IMG/VR virus record: IMGVR_UViG_3300017646_000189 | Location: 1 to 35,972 of that record | Length of the DNA stretch: 35,972 nt | DNA from: a virus | Taxonomy: Duplodnaviria; Caudoviricetes | Direction: 5' to 3' (one strand) | In this document: piece by piece, positions 7,828-16,201 of the stretch | Numbering within the stretch: the first letter of the stretch is position 1 | Layout: each line of letters starts with the position of its first letter | Translations under genes and position numbers: made by a program | Notes under the pieces: generated by a model | Told to the model about the DNA's origin: nothing | Database searches by the model: none | What the model saw: only the letters and a program-made list of their open reading frames with translations

Positions 7828-10772
7828 CAGGCCCTCCGCCGTTGATGATCGGACAGGACGGCCGGCACCTGCGCCAGGATCTGGCGGCCGGCGCGGGCGA
7901 TCTTCGCGTCAAGCTCGCGGTCGCCAGTGGTGCCGCGCAGATCGATGGACAGGCTGACGGTGGTGTTGCCGCCGGAAGATCCCTGCCCGCCGCGCAATGC
8001 GGCCTGCGCCTGCGCCACGCTGAGGATGCGCCCGTTGACCGCTGGAACGAAAGGCTCTGGGCCCTTCTCGCCGACCACATAGGCCTTGCCGGCCTGGACG
8101 GGGCCGCCGGCCGCGCGAAAGCCGCCGAAGATCTTGCCCAGCACATTGCTGAGGACGCCGCCGCCACCGCCGCCGGTCGCGCTGAACTGGTCGACCAATG
8201 CGGCCCGGATGCCGGAGCGGAGGATGTCGGCCGCGATCTGCTTGAAAACCTGCGCCAGACCGTCGCGAAGGCTTTCCCCGGCCACCAGCGCGCCTGCGAA
8301 GGCGTCGGCGATGCCGTCGATAGCCTGCTCGAACTGCTGCTGCGCGATCTCTGCTCTCGAAAGCTGATCGGCCAGATGGCCGATATGCACGGCCTGTTCG
8401 GCGATGTTCTTGCTGGTCTTTTCGTCAATCAGGATGCCGGCCTTCTTGGCGGCGTCGAGCATGGCCCACTCGGAACGCAGACGGGCGGTTTCCTCGACGG
8501 ACTTCCCGACCAGGACGAGCTGGCGTTCCAGGTTCTCGATTTCCGCCCCGGCGTCCTCGAAAATATCGGTGACGGTTTTGCCGCCTTTCGAGCGGCCACC
8601 GCCTGCCTTCGTTCGCCCGCCGCCGCCAGATGCCCTCTCGGCCTTGCCCTCGGCCGCGCGGCGCGCGTCTGCAGCGGCCTGTTCGATGGCAAGCTGCCTC
8701 GCCTGTTCCTCGGTGATGACCGCTTGGGAGGAGGCGGCATCTTTCATGATTTGCGCCGTGCGCTTCTCGATATCCTGCTGTTCCCGGCTTAGAGCATTGC
8801 GCCGACGCTGCTCGTCCAGAAATGCTTGGGTGGCTGCGCCCTCTTTCTCAAGCGAGGTATCGCCATCGGATGCAGCGCCGCCGCCGGTAACGACGCGCAA
8901 CGCGACGGTGGCCGCGACAGCCTCAGCGCGAAGCGCCCCGAGCCGGCCGATCACCGCATCGATTGCGGCTATCGCGCCTTTGAAGCTTGGGTTTTCGGCA
9001 CCCAACGCAGCAATGGCCGCGCGGGCATCCTCGGCAGATTCCTCGCCGTCTACGAACTTCTGGATAATGCGATCCATCGACGCCACAATATCTGCGTCGA
9101 GTTGGCCTGTATCAGCCATCCGATCAAGATGCTCTCGCAACCGGATTAGTTGCTCATTAGCCGCCTCAATGCTGGGAGACGCGCCCATCATTGTTAGGGC
9201 TGCCTCGGTCGCAATGGCCGCACGCGCAACATTGTCCAGCTCTCGAAGCAAGTCCTGCGCTGGCTCGTCTAGCTTTTTCCGCGATATATCCGACAGACCA
9301 TCCAGCAATTGCGCAGCGGAGATATTAGTTTTCTGATATTCTGTTGCGAGTTCTCTAGCTGTTTGTAGCGCTGAAAGGCTTTCGCGGGACAATGCAGAGA
9401 ACATGAACCAGCGTTCCTGCTTATTAATATCTCCAATTATTCTCCCAATGTCACTGAAATCGCCAAACACTTGAGAACTGAACGAATATTCACCCCGAAG
9501 GTTATTAAGACCTCTTTTCAGGCGCTCAATGCGTTCCAGTTGATCTTCGGTTCCAATACCGTCAGCAGCCTCGGCAACTTCCTTAAGCGCGCTGGCGGCA
9601 TCAGGCGAATAAAGACCCATGTCCCGCAGCTCTTCGCGCAGCGCCCGGCTGCGCTCTTCCGCCCTTGCTGCCGCGTCGGAATAAAGGAAAACTCCGCCGG
9701 CAAGCAGTCCGCCGATGGCCATGCCCAGCGGCCCCGCCGCCGCGCTCAACCCCCCGATTGCGGCTCCGACACCGGCCATGGAGGTGGCAGCGCGCAGCGC
9801 TGCGCCGAACTTGACCAGCACCCCGGTGGCGGCGCCGAGATTGGCGATCATGCCGCTGATCGACCTGCCAAGCATACCTGCCGCCAGCACGGCGGCCAGT
9901 TTCAGGCCGGCATCGGCCACGGTGTCGAAATTGTCGGCGATGATCGTCAACGCCTCGCCGATCCGCCCGGACATGCCGACCGCGTCATCCGCACGGCCGA
10001 CATATTCCAGCAGCGCATTGTTCAGGAGCATGAAGCCGTCCTGAATGGTCGCGGGCATTTCCGCAGCCTCCGCTCGCAGCTTCTCCATCTCCTTCGAGAT
10101 GCCGAGGATCTCCTTTCTGCCGATCTTCCCTTCCTGGCCCAGCTTGCGCAGCTCCATGGTCGTCACACCCATGGAATCGGCCAGGGCTTGCGACACCCGA
10201 CCGCCGGACTCGATCACCGTATTGAGGTTGTCGCCCTGCAGAGAGCCCAATGCCATGGCCTTCGACAGGGCACTCATGACACGCTCGGCGGTCTGGCCCT
10301 TGGCGCCGGACACGACCAGGGCGTTGTTCAGGCTTTCCACGAAATCCAGCTGGCGATCTGTCGAAACGCCGAGTTCGGTCAGCGTGGTCGAGAAAGCCAG
10401 GTATCCCTCGGCGGTCTGGCTGAGGTCGGAATAGGTGCGGCGGGCCATCTCGCTGACCCGCTGCATGACCTCATTCCCTTTTTCCATGCTGCCGGCCGCC
10501 AAGTTCACGCGGCTGGTCAGATCAGTCCACTGCCCGGTCATGCGGATCAGTTCCCGGCCGCCCAGGGCGGCCGCGATGCCAGTAAAGGGCGCAATCAGCG
10601 ACTTGGCAGCCCGCGAGCCGATGCCGTCCAGATTGCGCTGCATCGCCAGGAAACGCTTCTCGATGTCGCGCGCTTGCCGGTTCGTCACGCCAACGGCCTT
10701 GCGCATTTCGCGCTCATAGCCCTTGATGTCAGCAGAGAGCTGGACAACCAGCTTTTCGAGATCGGTTGCCAT
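7827..10772 (-). CDS. Tape measure protein (981 aa)
   Basis: MATDLEKLVVQLSAD N-terminus, tape-measure domain (ALSKAMALGSLQGDNLNTV), Ala/Gly hydrophobic segment, and C-terminal GFRAAGGPVQAGKAYVVGEKGPEPFVP. Confidence 0.95.
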   Translation of the reverse strand: MATDLEKLVVQLSADIKGYEREMRKAVGVTNRQARDIEKRFLAMQRNLDGIGSRAAKSLIAPFTGIAAALGGRELIRMTGQWTDLTSRVNLAAGSMEKGNEVMQRVSEMARRTYSDLSQTAEGYLAFSTTLTELGVSTDRQLDFVESLNNALVVSGAKGQTAERVMSALSKAMALGSLQGDNLNTVIESGGRVSQALADSMGVTTMELRKLGQEGKIGRKEILGISKEMEKLRAEAAEMPATIQDGFMLLNNALLEYVGRADDAVGMSGRIGEALTIIADNFDTVADAGLKLAAVLAAGMLGRSISGMIANLGAATGVLVKFGAALRAATSMAGVGAAIGGLSAAAGPLGMAIGGLLAGGVFLYSDAAARAEERSRALREELRDMGLYSPDAASALKEVAEAADGIGTEDQLERIERLKRGLNNLRGEYSFSSQVFGDFSDIGRIIGDINKQERWFMFSALSRESLSALQTARELATEYQKTNISAAQLLDGLSDISRKKLDEPAQDLLRELDNVARAAIATEAALTMMGASPSIEAANEQLIRLREHLDRMADTGQLDADIVASMDRIIQKFVDGEESAEDARAAIAALGAENPSFKGAIAAIDAVIGRLGALRAEAVAATVALRVVTGGGAASDGDTSLEKEGAATQAFLDEQRRRNALSREQQDIEKRTAQIMKDAASSQAVITEEQARQLAIEQAAADARRAAEGKAERASGGGGRTKAGGGRSKGGKTVTDIFEDAGAEIENLERQLVLVGKSVEETARLRSEWAMLDAAKKAGILIDEKTSKNIAEQAVHIGHLADQLSRAEIAQQQFEQAIDGIADAFAGALVAGESLRDGLAQVFKQIAADILRSGIRAALVDQFSATGGGGGGVLSNVLGKIFGGFRAAGGPVQAGKAYVVGEKGPEPFVPAVNGRILSVAQAQAALRGGQGSSGGNTTVSLSIDLRGTTGDRELDAKIARAGRQILAQVPAVLSDHQRRRA

Positions 10773-10790
10773 TAAGGACCTCTGAACACC

Positions 10791-10952
10791 ATGAAGATAT
10801 TGAATGCCGTCGCCGCGATCTGCGTTATTCTATATGTCGCAGACCATTTCGCCCGAGAGATATACGTCGGCTACAAAGCGCGGATGATTGAGCAGCAAAT
10901 GCGATCCGAGGATCTACGCAAGGAGCTGAAAGGGATGGGGCTTCTTCGTTAA
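10791..10952 (+). CDS. 53-aa putative single-pass membrane protein, antisense moron (candidate superinfection exclusion / TMP mimic)
   Basis: MKILNAVAAICVILYVADHFAREIYVGYKARMIEQQMRSEDLRKELKGMGLLR*. AAGGA lies upstream at 10774-10778. It nearly fills the gap between the chaperone and TMP genes and has lower GC than its flanks. Too short for the ORF track. Confidence 0.7.
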   Translation: MKILNAVAAICVILYVADHFAREIYVGYKARMIEQQMRSEDLRKELKGMGLLR

Positions 10953-11197
10953 CCCATCCTCTCCATGATCCCTTGCCAAAGATCATCCTCGTCCTGCTGC
11001 GACATGGGCTGATGCTCCTCCGAGGTGTTGGCGGCGATCCAGCCTGCAACGGCGGCGCTGAACTCCCACCAGCTGCATCGCTTCACCTCGGAGGGGCTCA
11101 TGCCGGCGGCGAGCCCGTTTCCGAAGACGTCCGCGAACCTGATCTTGCCCCGCGGGAGCGGTTCGCGGTCTTCTTCCTTCCCGCCCCGGGCTTTTTT
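10949..11197 (-). CDS. C-terminal extension of the tail assembly chaperone (gpGT-like), reached by -1 frameshift
   Basis: Slippery A AAA AAG at 11197-11191. The -1 frame reads KARGGKEEDREPLPRGKIRFADVFGNGLAAGMSPSEVKRCSWWEFSAAVAGWIAANT...MERMG* with its stop at 10949. Confidence 0.8.
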   Translation of the reverse strand, partial: KKARGGKEEDREPLPRGKIRFADVFGNGLAAGMSPSEVKRCSWWEFSAAVAGWIAANTSEEHQPMSQQDEDDLWQGIMERMG

Positions 11198-11553
11198 GGC
11201 TCATCATCCGGCGCGCCGGCCAGCGCCACGCCAAGGACCGCATAGGCCGTCTGGATGTTTTCGTTCAGCTGGCCCGGCCCGACATAGGCCCGGACCTTTT
11301 TCATGGCCTCCACCGCTGGCATGCCCCCGCCGATGAGGCCCAGCCGGATCGGCTCGATGACATAGCTGGCATTGGCGTCCTTGGGCGGAGCGAACCCGGC
11401 CGCCCGGGCCAGCAGCGCGGCCTCCAGCGCCCATTGGATATACCAGGGGCCCGCATCGCATTTCTCTTGCAGCTCGGCGAGATGTTCGATCTTGAGGGCG
11501 AACTTATATGTTCCGTCCGCCCAATCGAGGATGGTTTCAGCGGAACGGGTCAT
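11098..11553 (-). CDS. Tail assembly chaperone (gpG-like, GTA-gp10-like)
   Basis: Lies between the tube and TMP genes. WADGTYKFALKIEHLAELQEKCDAGP and IRLGLIGGGM motifs. Confidence 0.85.
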   Translation of the reverse strand: MTRSAETILDWADGTYKFALKIEHLAELQEKCDAGPWYIQWALEAALLARAAGFAPPKDANASYVIEPIRLGLIGGGMPAVEAMKKVRAYVGPGQLNENIQTAYAVLGVALAGAPDDEPKKPGAGRKKTANRSRGARSGSRTSSETGSPPA

Positions 11554-12008
11554 TACACACCCGGCGCCACGGTGCGGTCATATTCGATCTCGCCATCCGA
11601 CTGCATGGTGACGGACACCTGCACCCGCTCACCGTTCGAGCCGGTGATCTCGAAGCTTTCGAGGTGGAAGTTGCCGGTGTAGATGTCGGAATCTCCGTCG
11701 GGATACTCCAGCTCGACCTCGCATTCGATGCTGTCGCTGCTGGCCAAGGCCGCCTCCCAGGTCGGAACCGCGGATTTCGCGAGAACGCCCGAGCCGCTGA
11801 TGGTGGCGGACATGCTCTGCACATCGCGCACCGACCACGCCGGCGCATCGGGATCGTCACAGTCCGGGATCGGCACGTCGTTCAGCGTCTTGTTGCGGCT
11901 GAACGACTTGGATGTGAACCCGCAGGGCGCGACGAACTGCGGCGGATCGCCCCCATCCGACAAGCGGACGAAGAACTTGCCGAACTTCACGGTAACCGGT
12001 TTTGCCAT
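11553..12008 (-). CDS. Major tail tube protein
   Basis: Start MAKPVTV at 12008. FVAPCGFTSKSF, IPDCDDPDAPAW, ISGSGV and SDGEI motifs. Confidence 0.9.
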   Translation of the reverse strand: MAKPVTVKFGKFFVRLSDGGDPPQFVAPCGFTSKSFSRNKTLNDVPIPDCDDPDAPAWSVRDVQSMSATISGSGVLAKSAVPTWEAALASSDSIECEVELEYPDGDSDIYTGNFHLESFEITGSNGERVQVSVTMQSDGEIEYDRTVAPGV

Positions 12009-12022
12009 GATTGGCCTCCATG

Positions 12023-12047
12023 AAAGGAAAGCCCGCACGACGCGGGC
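12023..12047 (-). terminator. Putative intrinsic terminator upstream of the tail tube gene
   Basis: Minus strand reads GCCCGC-GTCGT-GCGGGC-TTTCCTTT. Confidence 0.4.
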
Positions 12048-12082
12048 AGGATGACGGCCTCATGGCCGGGTTTCGATTGCCG

Positions 12083-12562
12083 TTATTGGCCGGCGGCCAC
12101 CTGACGGGCAGCGTCGCGGACAGCCTTGCGGACCTTGCGGCCTGCGGCCTTCCTGTTCGCGCGCCAGGAAACATAGAAGAACGGCTGCGCAGGCATGCTG
12201 CGGGTGCCGAATTCGACCCATCGGGCATAATAGGCATCGTCAGGACCACGGGACTTGTCGCGTGATCCGGCGTAGATCGTGATCGTCAGGTCGCCGCCGA
12301 CGCCTGCGCCCTTCAACGTCGCAACGACCATGGAGCCCTTCGGGGCCTGCCCCCAGGTCCAGCCGATGCTATCGCGCAGAGCGCCTGCGCGGCGGCGGGC
12401 ATCGGGCTCCTTGAGCACGGGGACGAGGCTTTTCATCATGGCGACGGTCTCTTCCGCCGCCTCGGCCATCTTGCTGCGGATCTGCTCTTTCGCGACCTCA
12501 GGAAGCCGTTCCAGCTTCCTCTGCAGCCTCGCCAGCCCCAGCACCGTCGTTCCTCGCGCCAT
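12083..12562 (-). CDS. HK97 gp10-family neck/tail component
   Basis: Start MARGTTVLG at 12562. GALRDSI and YYARWVEFGTRSMPAQPFF motifs. Confidence 0.9.
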   Translation of the reverse strand: MARGTTVLGLARLQRKLERLPEVAKEQIRSKMAEAAEETVAMMKSLVPVLKEPDARRRAGALRDSIGWTWGQAPKGSMVVATLKGAGVGGDLTITIYAGSRDKSRGPDDAYYARWVEFGTRSMPAQPFFYVSWRANRKAAGRKVRKAVRDAARQVAAGQ

Positions 12563-12728
12563 CGCGCCTCTCCTTTGCTGGATCGGTAGACCGTGCAGCC
12601 GCGCCCGCCTGAACGGCGGCAGCGGCACAGCGGCGTGTCACGTTCAGCCGCATTCCTGGGCTGTAGCGGATCGACACATGGGCGGTCGGCCGCCAGCGGA
12701 ATGTCCGGGAAAACTCGACCCAGGGCAT
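12498..12728 (-). CDS. Small hypothetical phage protein
   Basis: MPWVEFSRTFRWRPTAHVSIRYSPGM. TGATG-coupled to the upstream gene and fills the gap in the head-tail cluster. Confidence 0.6.
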   Translation of the reverse strand: MPWVEFSRTFRWRPTAHVSIRYSPGMRLNVTRRCAAAAVQAGAAARSTDPAKERRDGARNDGAGAGEAAEEAGTAS

Positions 12729-13138
12729 CAGCTGTCCTCCTCGATATCTGCCTCGACCTGCACCACGCCATGCACCGACACGCCGTCGGGATCATCCATG
12801 ACGCGAACCAGCGTCACGCGCAGCGGGTGCATGGTCAGCGCGTCGGTGTCGGCCCAGCCTTTCAGTGCCGCGGCCACATCATCGGTCAGATCCTCGCAGA
12901 CCCCCTTGTCCACATCGCCCGTCTCGTCGCGGGCGCTGTCCCAGATATCGACCTGCACGGTGGTCAACCGGGCCTCGATGCATTCCGCGTCGTCGTCGAT
13001 ACCGTAACTCGCGCCCATGGTGACATAGGGCACGGGCGTATCTTCGACCGCCTTGTCATAGACCCGGCCCTCGAATGCGGGCACCTGATCGATGATCCGA
13101 TCCATGATCAACCGCCGGAGGATGCGGCCCGCCCTCAT
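12728..13138 (-). CDS. Tail terminator (DUF3168 family)
   Basis: GRVYD...PYVTMG, VQVDIWD and DPDGVSVHGVV motifs. Confidence 0.9.
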   Translation of the reverse strand: MRAGRILRRLIMDRIIDQVPAFEGRVYDKAVEDTPVPYVTMGASYGIDDDAECIEARLTTVQVDIWDSARDETGDVDKGVCEDLTDDVAAALKGWADTDALTMHPLRVTLVRVMDDPDGVSVHGVVQVEADIEEDS

Positions 13139-13464
13139 GGCTGAGCCTCGACCAGCATGTCAAAGCAGGAGGCGTCCTTATCTTCGCGGGGATGCTCCTT
13201 CAGGTCATAGAGCCGATTCGCGATCCGGACCCGCCATTTCGCATTCACCTCGCGCGCTCGCGCGCTGGTGTGGATAGTGACGATGGCAGGCGTTCGCGCG
13301 GCCAGCCTCGCCTGCATGACCTGTTCTCCGCCGCGCAGGGGCAGAACCTTGGCCCATGCCCGAAACCGCTCCTCCCAGGACTGGACGATGCGGCCATCCG
13401 CATTGCGCTGCTGGACGGGCTCCAGAAAGGCCACGATCCGGTTGAAATCGCCGGCGGGGATCAT
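13135..13464 (-). CDS. Head closure / head-tail adaptor
   Basis: Start MIPAGDFNRIVAF at 13464. W...WAKVLPLRGGEQVMQARL motif. Confidence 0.85.
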   Translation of the reverse strand: MIPAGDFNRIVAFLEPVQQRNADGRIVQSWEERFRAWAKVLPLRGGEQVMQARLAARTPAIVTIHTSARAREVNAKWRVRIANRLYDLKEHPREDKDASCFDMLVEAQP

Positions 13465-13465
13465 G

Positions 13466-14008
13466 TCACACCCAATGAACCTTGAGAGGGGAAAGCAGCG
13501 AGCGGACGGCGAAGGGCAGCGTGTCGAAGCGGGCATCCACCGCGACCGCTTCGCGGTTGCGATACCAATGACCGATCAGAAGCAACATCGCAGTCCTGAT
13601 CGCCGGCCAGACATCCTCGGGGGTCGAGGCCGTGAAGGTGATTTCGACCGCGCGGCCGGGGGGTGCCGTGATGATCACCTCTGTCCAGATGCCGTAGTCC
13701 ATGCGCCGAATCTCGGCCTCCTGGGGATCGCCCGCTTCGTCCCGCCATACGGCCGCAGTATCGCCTACCCCGGGGAACGGCAGCCGGATGCACCCGCCGC
13801 TGCACCCGTCCGCATATGTCAGGCGCCATTCCTGCGGCTGGATGCAGCGCCCGAGCACGCCGCGGATACCGTCAATATGGGCCATGGCGGTGTCGCCCAG
13901 GGCGTCGATAAGCTCATCCTCGTCATCGTGAAGGACACGGAGATGGGCCTTGATCTGCTCGCGCGTCATAAAAACGCCTTCCGGGCCGCTGATCCGCTCA
14001 AGTTTCAC
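13466..14008 (-). CDS. Head-tail connector (gp6-like)
   Basis: IKAHLRVLHDDEDELI and AMLLLIGHWYRNREAV motifs. Confidence 0.9.
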   Translation of the reverse strand: MKLERISGPEGVFMTREQIKAHLRVLHDDEDELIDALGDTAMAHIDGIRGVLGRCIQPQEWRLTYADGCSGGCIRLPFPGVGDTAAVWRDEAGDPQEAEIRRMDYGIWTEVIITAPPGRAVEITFTASTPEDVWPAIRTAMLLLIGHWYRNREAVAVDARFDTLPFAVRSLLSPLKVHWV

Positions 14009-14208
14009 GACTTCGCCTTGTTGTCGGGAACGGTTTTCGCCTTGTTCGGATGCGCGGGCGCCGCCTTGTTCGGAACGCTTTTTGCCGCCTTCTCGGCCAG
14101 AACGCCGGAACGCAGCAGATGAGCGACCGAGGACTTATCCGCCTCGCGCGTTTCCCCGGCGACATAGAACCGATCACCGTAATGCTCCCGCAGAACGTCG
14201 AACTTCAT
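14005..14208 (-). CDS. Small protein downstream of the capsid gene
   Basis: Strong RBS (GGAGG) and position after the capsid gene. C-terminal NKA repeats. Confidence 0.75.
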   Translation of the reverse strand: MKFDVLREHYGDRFYVAGETREADKSSVAHLLRSGVLAEKAAKSVPNKAAPAHPNKAKTVPDNKAKS

Positions 14209-14229
14209 GGAAACCTCCTATGGTGGCGC

Positions 14230-14249
14230 GGGGCGGCATTTGCCGCCCC
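14230..14249 (-). terminator. Hairpin after the major capsid gene
   Basis: GGGGCGGCA-TT-TGCCGCCCC inverted repeat, with no clear U-tract. Confidence 0.3.
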
Positions 14250-14268
14250 ACGGATGTCATCACCGGGA

Positions 14269-15486
14269 TCAGGGCTCTTCCGGCTCCGCCGGCATGATGT
14301 CGCCGTAGATGAAGGCCTCGGGCCGGTAGACCGCCAGCGCGATCCGCTCTTCGGCGAGCAGGGTCAGCAGGTTCTTCGTGAAATCGTCGTTCTCGAAGCC
14401 CGCTTCGACGCGCGAATCCCAGAGGTCGAACACCTCGGCGCCCATCTGGAAGGCGCCGGTCAGGAACTTGCCCTGCGCCATGGCGGGCGTCTCCACCACC
14501 GGCAGGCGCCAGAGGCTGGCAGGCGCATCGCCCTGGGGTTGGCCGATGATGTGGCGGCCGATCTCGTCCTTGGTCAGCTCGATGACTGCCCAGTCGATGG
14601 GATTGAGCACATGGCCCGTCGCCGGATAGAGCGCCAGCGCCGCCTGGAGCTGGGCGATGCGGAGCGTATCGATCACAGTCAGCCCGGCAGTCGGAATTCC
14701 CGCCGGCACGGCATAGGCACTCGCCTGGGGAATGATCCCATGCAGGTTCTGGCCGGTGCCGTCGCCATGCAGCAGCTGGGTCTCCTCGACAAAGGCCAGG
14801 CCCCAGAGCAGGCGATTGTCGATGTGCGAACGCAGCTGCGACACGTCGCTGAGCGCCTGCTTGGAAACCTTCATCCAGTGGGCAATGACCTTGGCCGAGG
14901 TCGAGATCAGTTCCATCTGGATGTCGGATTCCGGCTTCTTGACCGTCTCCGCCGTCGGTGCCGCGTTGTTGCGGAAGCCGACCTCGCGAATGTATTCGAT
15001 CGCAGCGTTGTCGATGCGGCCCTGGGTGATGAGGTCGCGAACCACCAGACGCTGACGGGGCAGTTCCAACACGCCCGGCAACCGGGTGCGATCGGTTGCG
15101 GCACCCACAGAGCCCGGCGCATTGGTGGCCGAGGTGGTGATCGTCGCCTTGACCGCGAGATCCGACTTGCCCTGGCGCGGCCGGCCGTCTGCCCAGGACT
15201 TGAAGCCCTCGCTTTCGACGAACTGCTCACCGATGGATTTGGTCGACGCACCGTCGCCGCCATCGGCGCGGGCCATCTTCTGAGCCAGTTCGGTGACCTG
15301 GCCGGCAAGTTCGTTCATCTTGACGAGTGCCTCATCGGCATCGCCCTTCACTTTTTCGGTCAGGGCCTCGCCGGCCTTGACGCGGCCGAGCGCATCCTCG
15401 GCGATGGCCTTGACCTTCTCGATCGCCGCATCCTGTGCAGCCTTGAACTCCGCCGCGAGCTGCTCGGGCGTCTTATGTTCCGACAT
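14269..15486 (-). CDS. Major capsid protein, HK97 family
   Basis: N-terminal coiled-coil delta domain. AETVKKPES, KVIAHW, QLLHGDG and LLAEERIALAVYRPEAF motifs. Confidence 0.97.
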   Translation of the reverse strand: MSEHKTPEQLAAEFKAAQDAAIEKVKAIAEDALGRVKAGEALTEKVKGDADEALVKMNELAGQVTELAQKMARADGGDGASTKSIGEQFVESEGFKSWADGRPRQGKSDLAVKATITTSATNAPGSVGAATDRTRLPGVLELPRQRLVVRDLITQGRIDNAAIEYIREVGFRNNAAPTAETVKKPESDIQMELISTSAKVIAHWMKVSKQALSDVSQLRSHIDNRLLWGLAFVEETQLLHGDGTGQNLHGIIPQASAYAVPAGIPTAGLTVIDTLRIAQLQAALALYPATGHVLNPIDWAVIELTKDEIGRHIIGQPQGDAPASLWRLPVVETPAMAQGKFLTGAFQMGAEVFDLWDSRVEAGFENDDFTKNLLTLLAEERIALAVYRPEAFIYGDIMPAEPEEP

Positions 15487-15517
15487 GGGGAACCTCCAGC
15501 AATGATAGGGATGGGCC

Positions 15518-16201
15518 TCAGCCCGTCAGCGCCTGCAAGAAAGCAAGCTGATCCGCCGCTCTGTCAGGTTCCCCCTGACCTTTCAGGTGGACGCGCGCGG
15601 CACGCTCCGCCTGCGAGTTCGAGAGGCCGAAGGCCCCCTTCAGCAGATCCTCGAACTCCCGCTCAGTCAGCCGGTCCCCGGCCTTGAGCTTTTCTGCAAC
15701 CTCCAGCACCCGCCGTTCGGATTTCACCGCGGCGATGGTGGCGTTCTCGTTGGCGCCGATGCTGACGATCGACACCTCCCGCAAATCCAGCTTCGTGAGC
15801 GTCCAGACATCGCGATCCTCGTCCACCTCATAGCCCTGGATGCGGTAACCGATGGAAAGCCCGTCGATATCGCCGGCCTTCAGAAGCTCATAGGCCTCGC
15901 GCGCCCGCTGCACGCCCATGTTCAGCTGGCCGGTCACCAGCAGCCCCTTGCCGTCCTCCGCCGCCTTCAGCCATTTCCCGATCGGTTCTCGCGGATCATG
16001 CTGCCAGAACATCTTGGGCATGGTGCCGCGCGACGAATGGCTGGCGAGGCTCTCGGAAAACGCACCGGGCGCGATAATGTCGCCATAGCTGTCCGGTTCG
16101 CCGCCGAATGTGCTGGCATAGCCTTCGAACTGTCCCTTTTCGCCCAGCGACTTGATGTCGAGGAGCGCAGCGCCTTGCTTGACCTGCATGTCAGACCTCA
16201 T
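15518..16201 (-). CDS. HK97-family prohead protease
   Basis: FEGYASTF, MFWQHD, GLSIGY and LREVSIVSIGAN motifs. Confidence 0.95.
   Translation of the reverse strand: MRSDMQVKQGAALLDIKSLGEKGQFEGYASTFGGEPDSYGDIIAPGAFSESLASHSSRGTMPKMFWQHDPREPIGKWLKAAEDGKGLLVTGQLNMGVQRAREAYELLKAGDIDGLSIGYRIQGYEVDEDRDVWTLTKLDLREVSIVSIGANENATIAAVKSERRVLEVAEKLKAGDRLTEREFEDLLKGAFGLSNSQAERAARVHLKGQGEPDRAADQLAFLQALTG

Noticed and set aside
10825-11243. Minus-strand ORFs 10825..11049 and 10983..11243 as the chaperone extension
   Set aside because: They are in the wrong frames. The frame reached by the -1 slip (stop at 10949) carries the conserved-looking motif.
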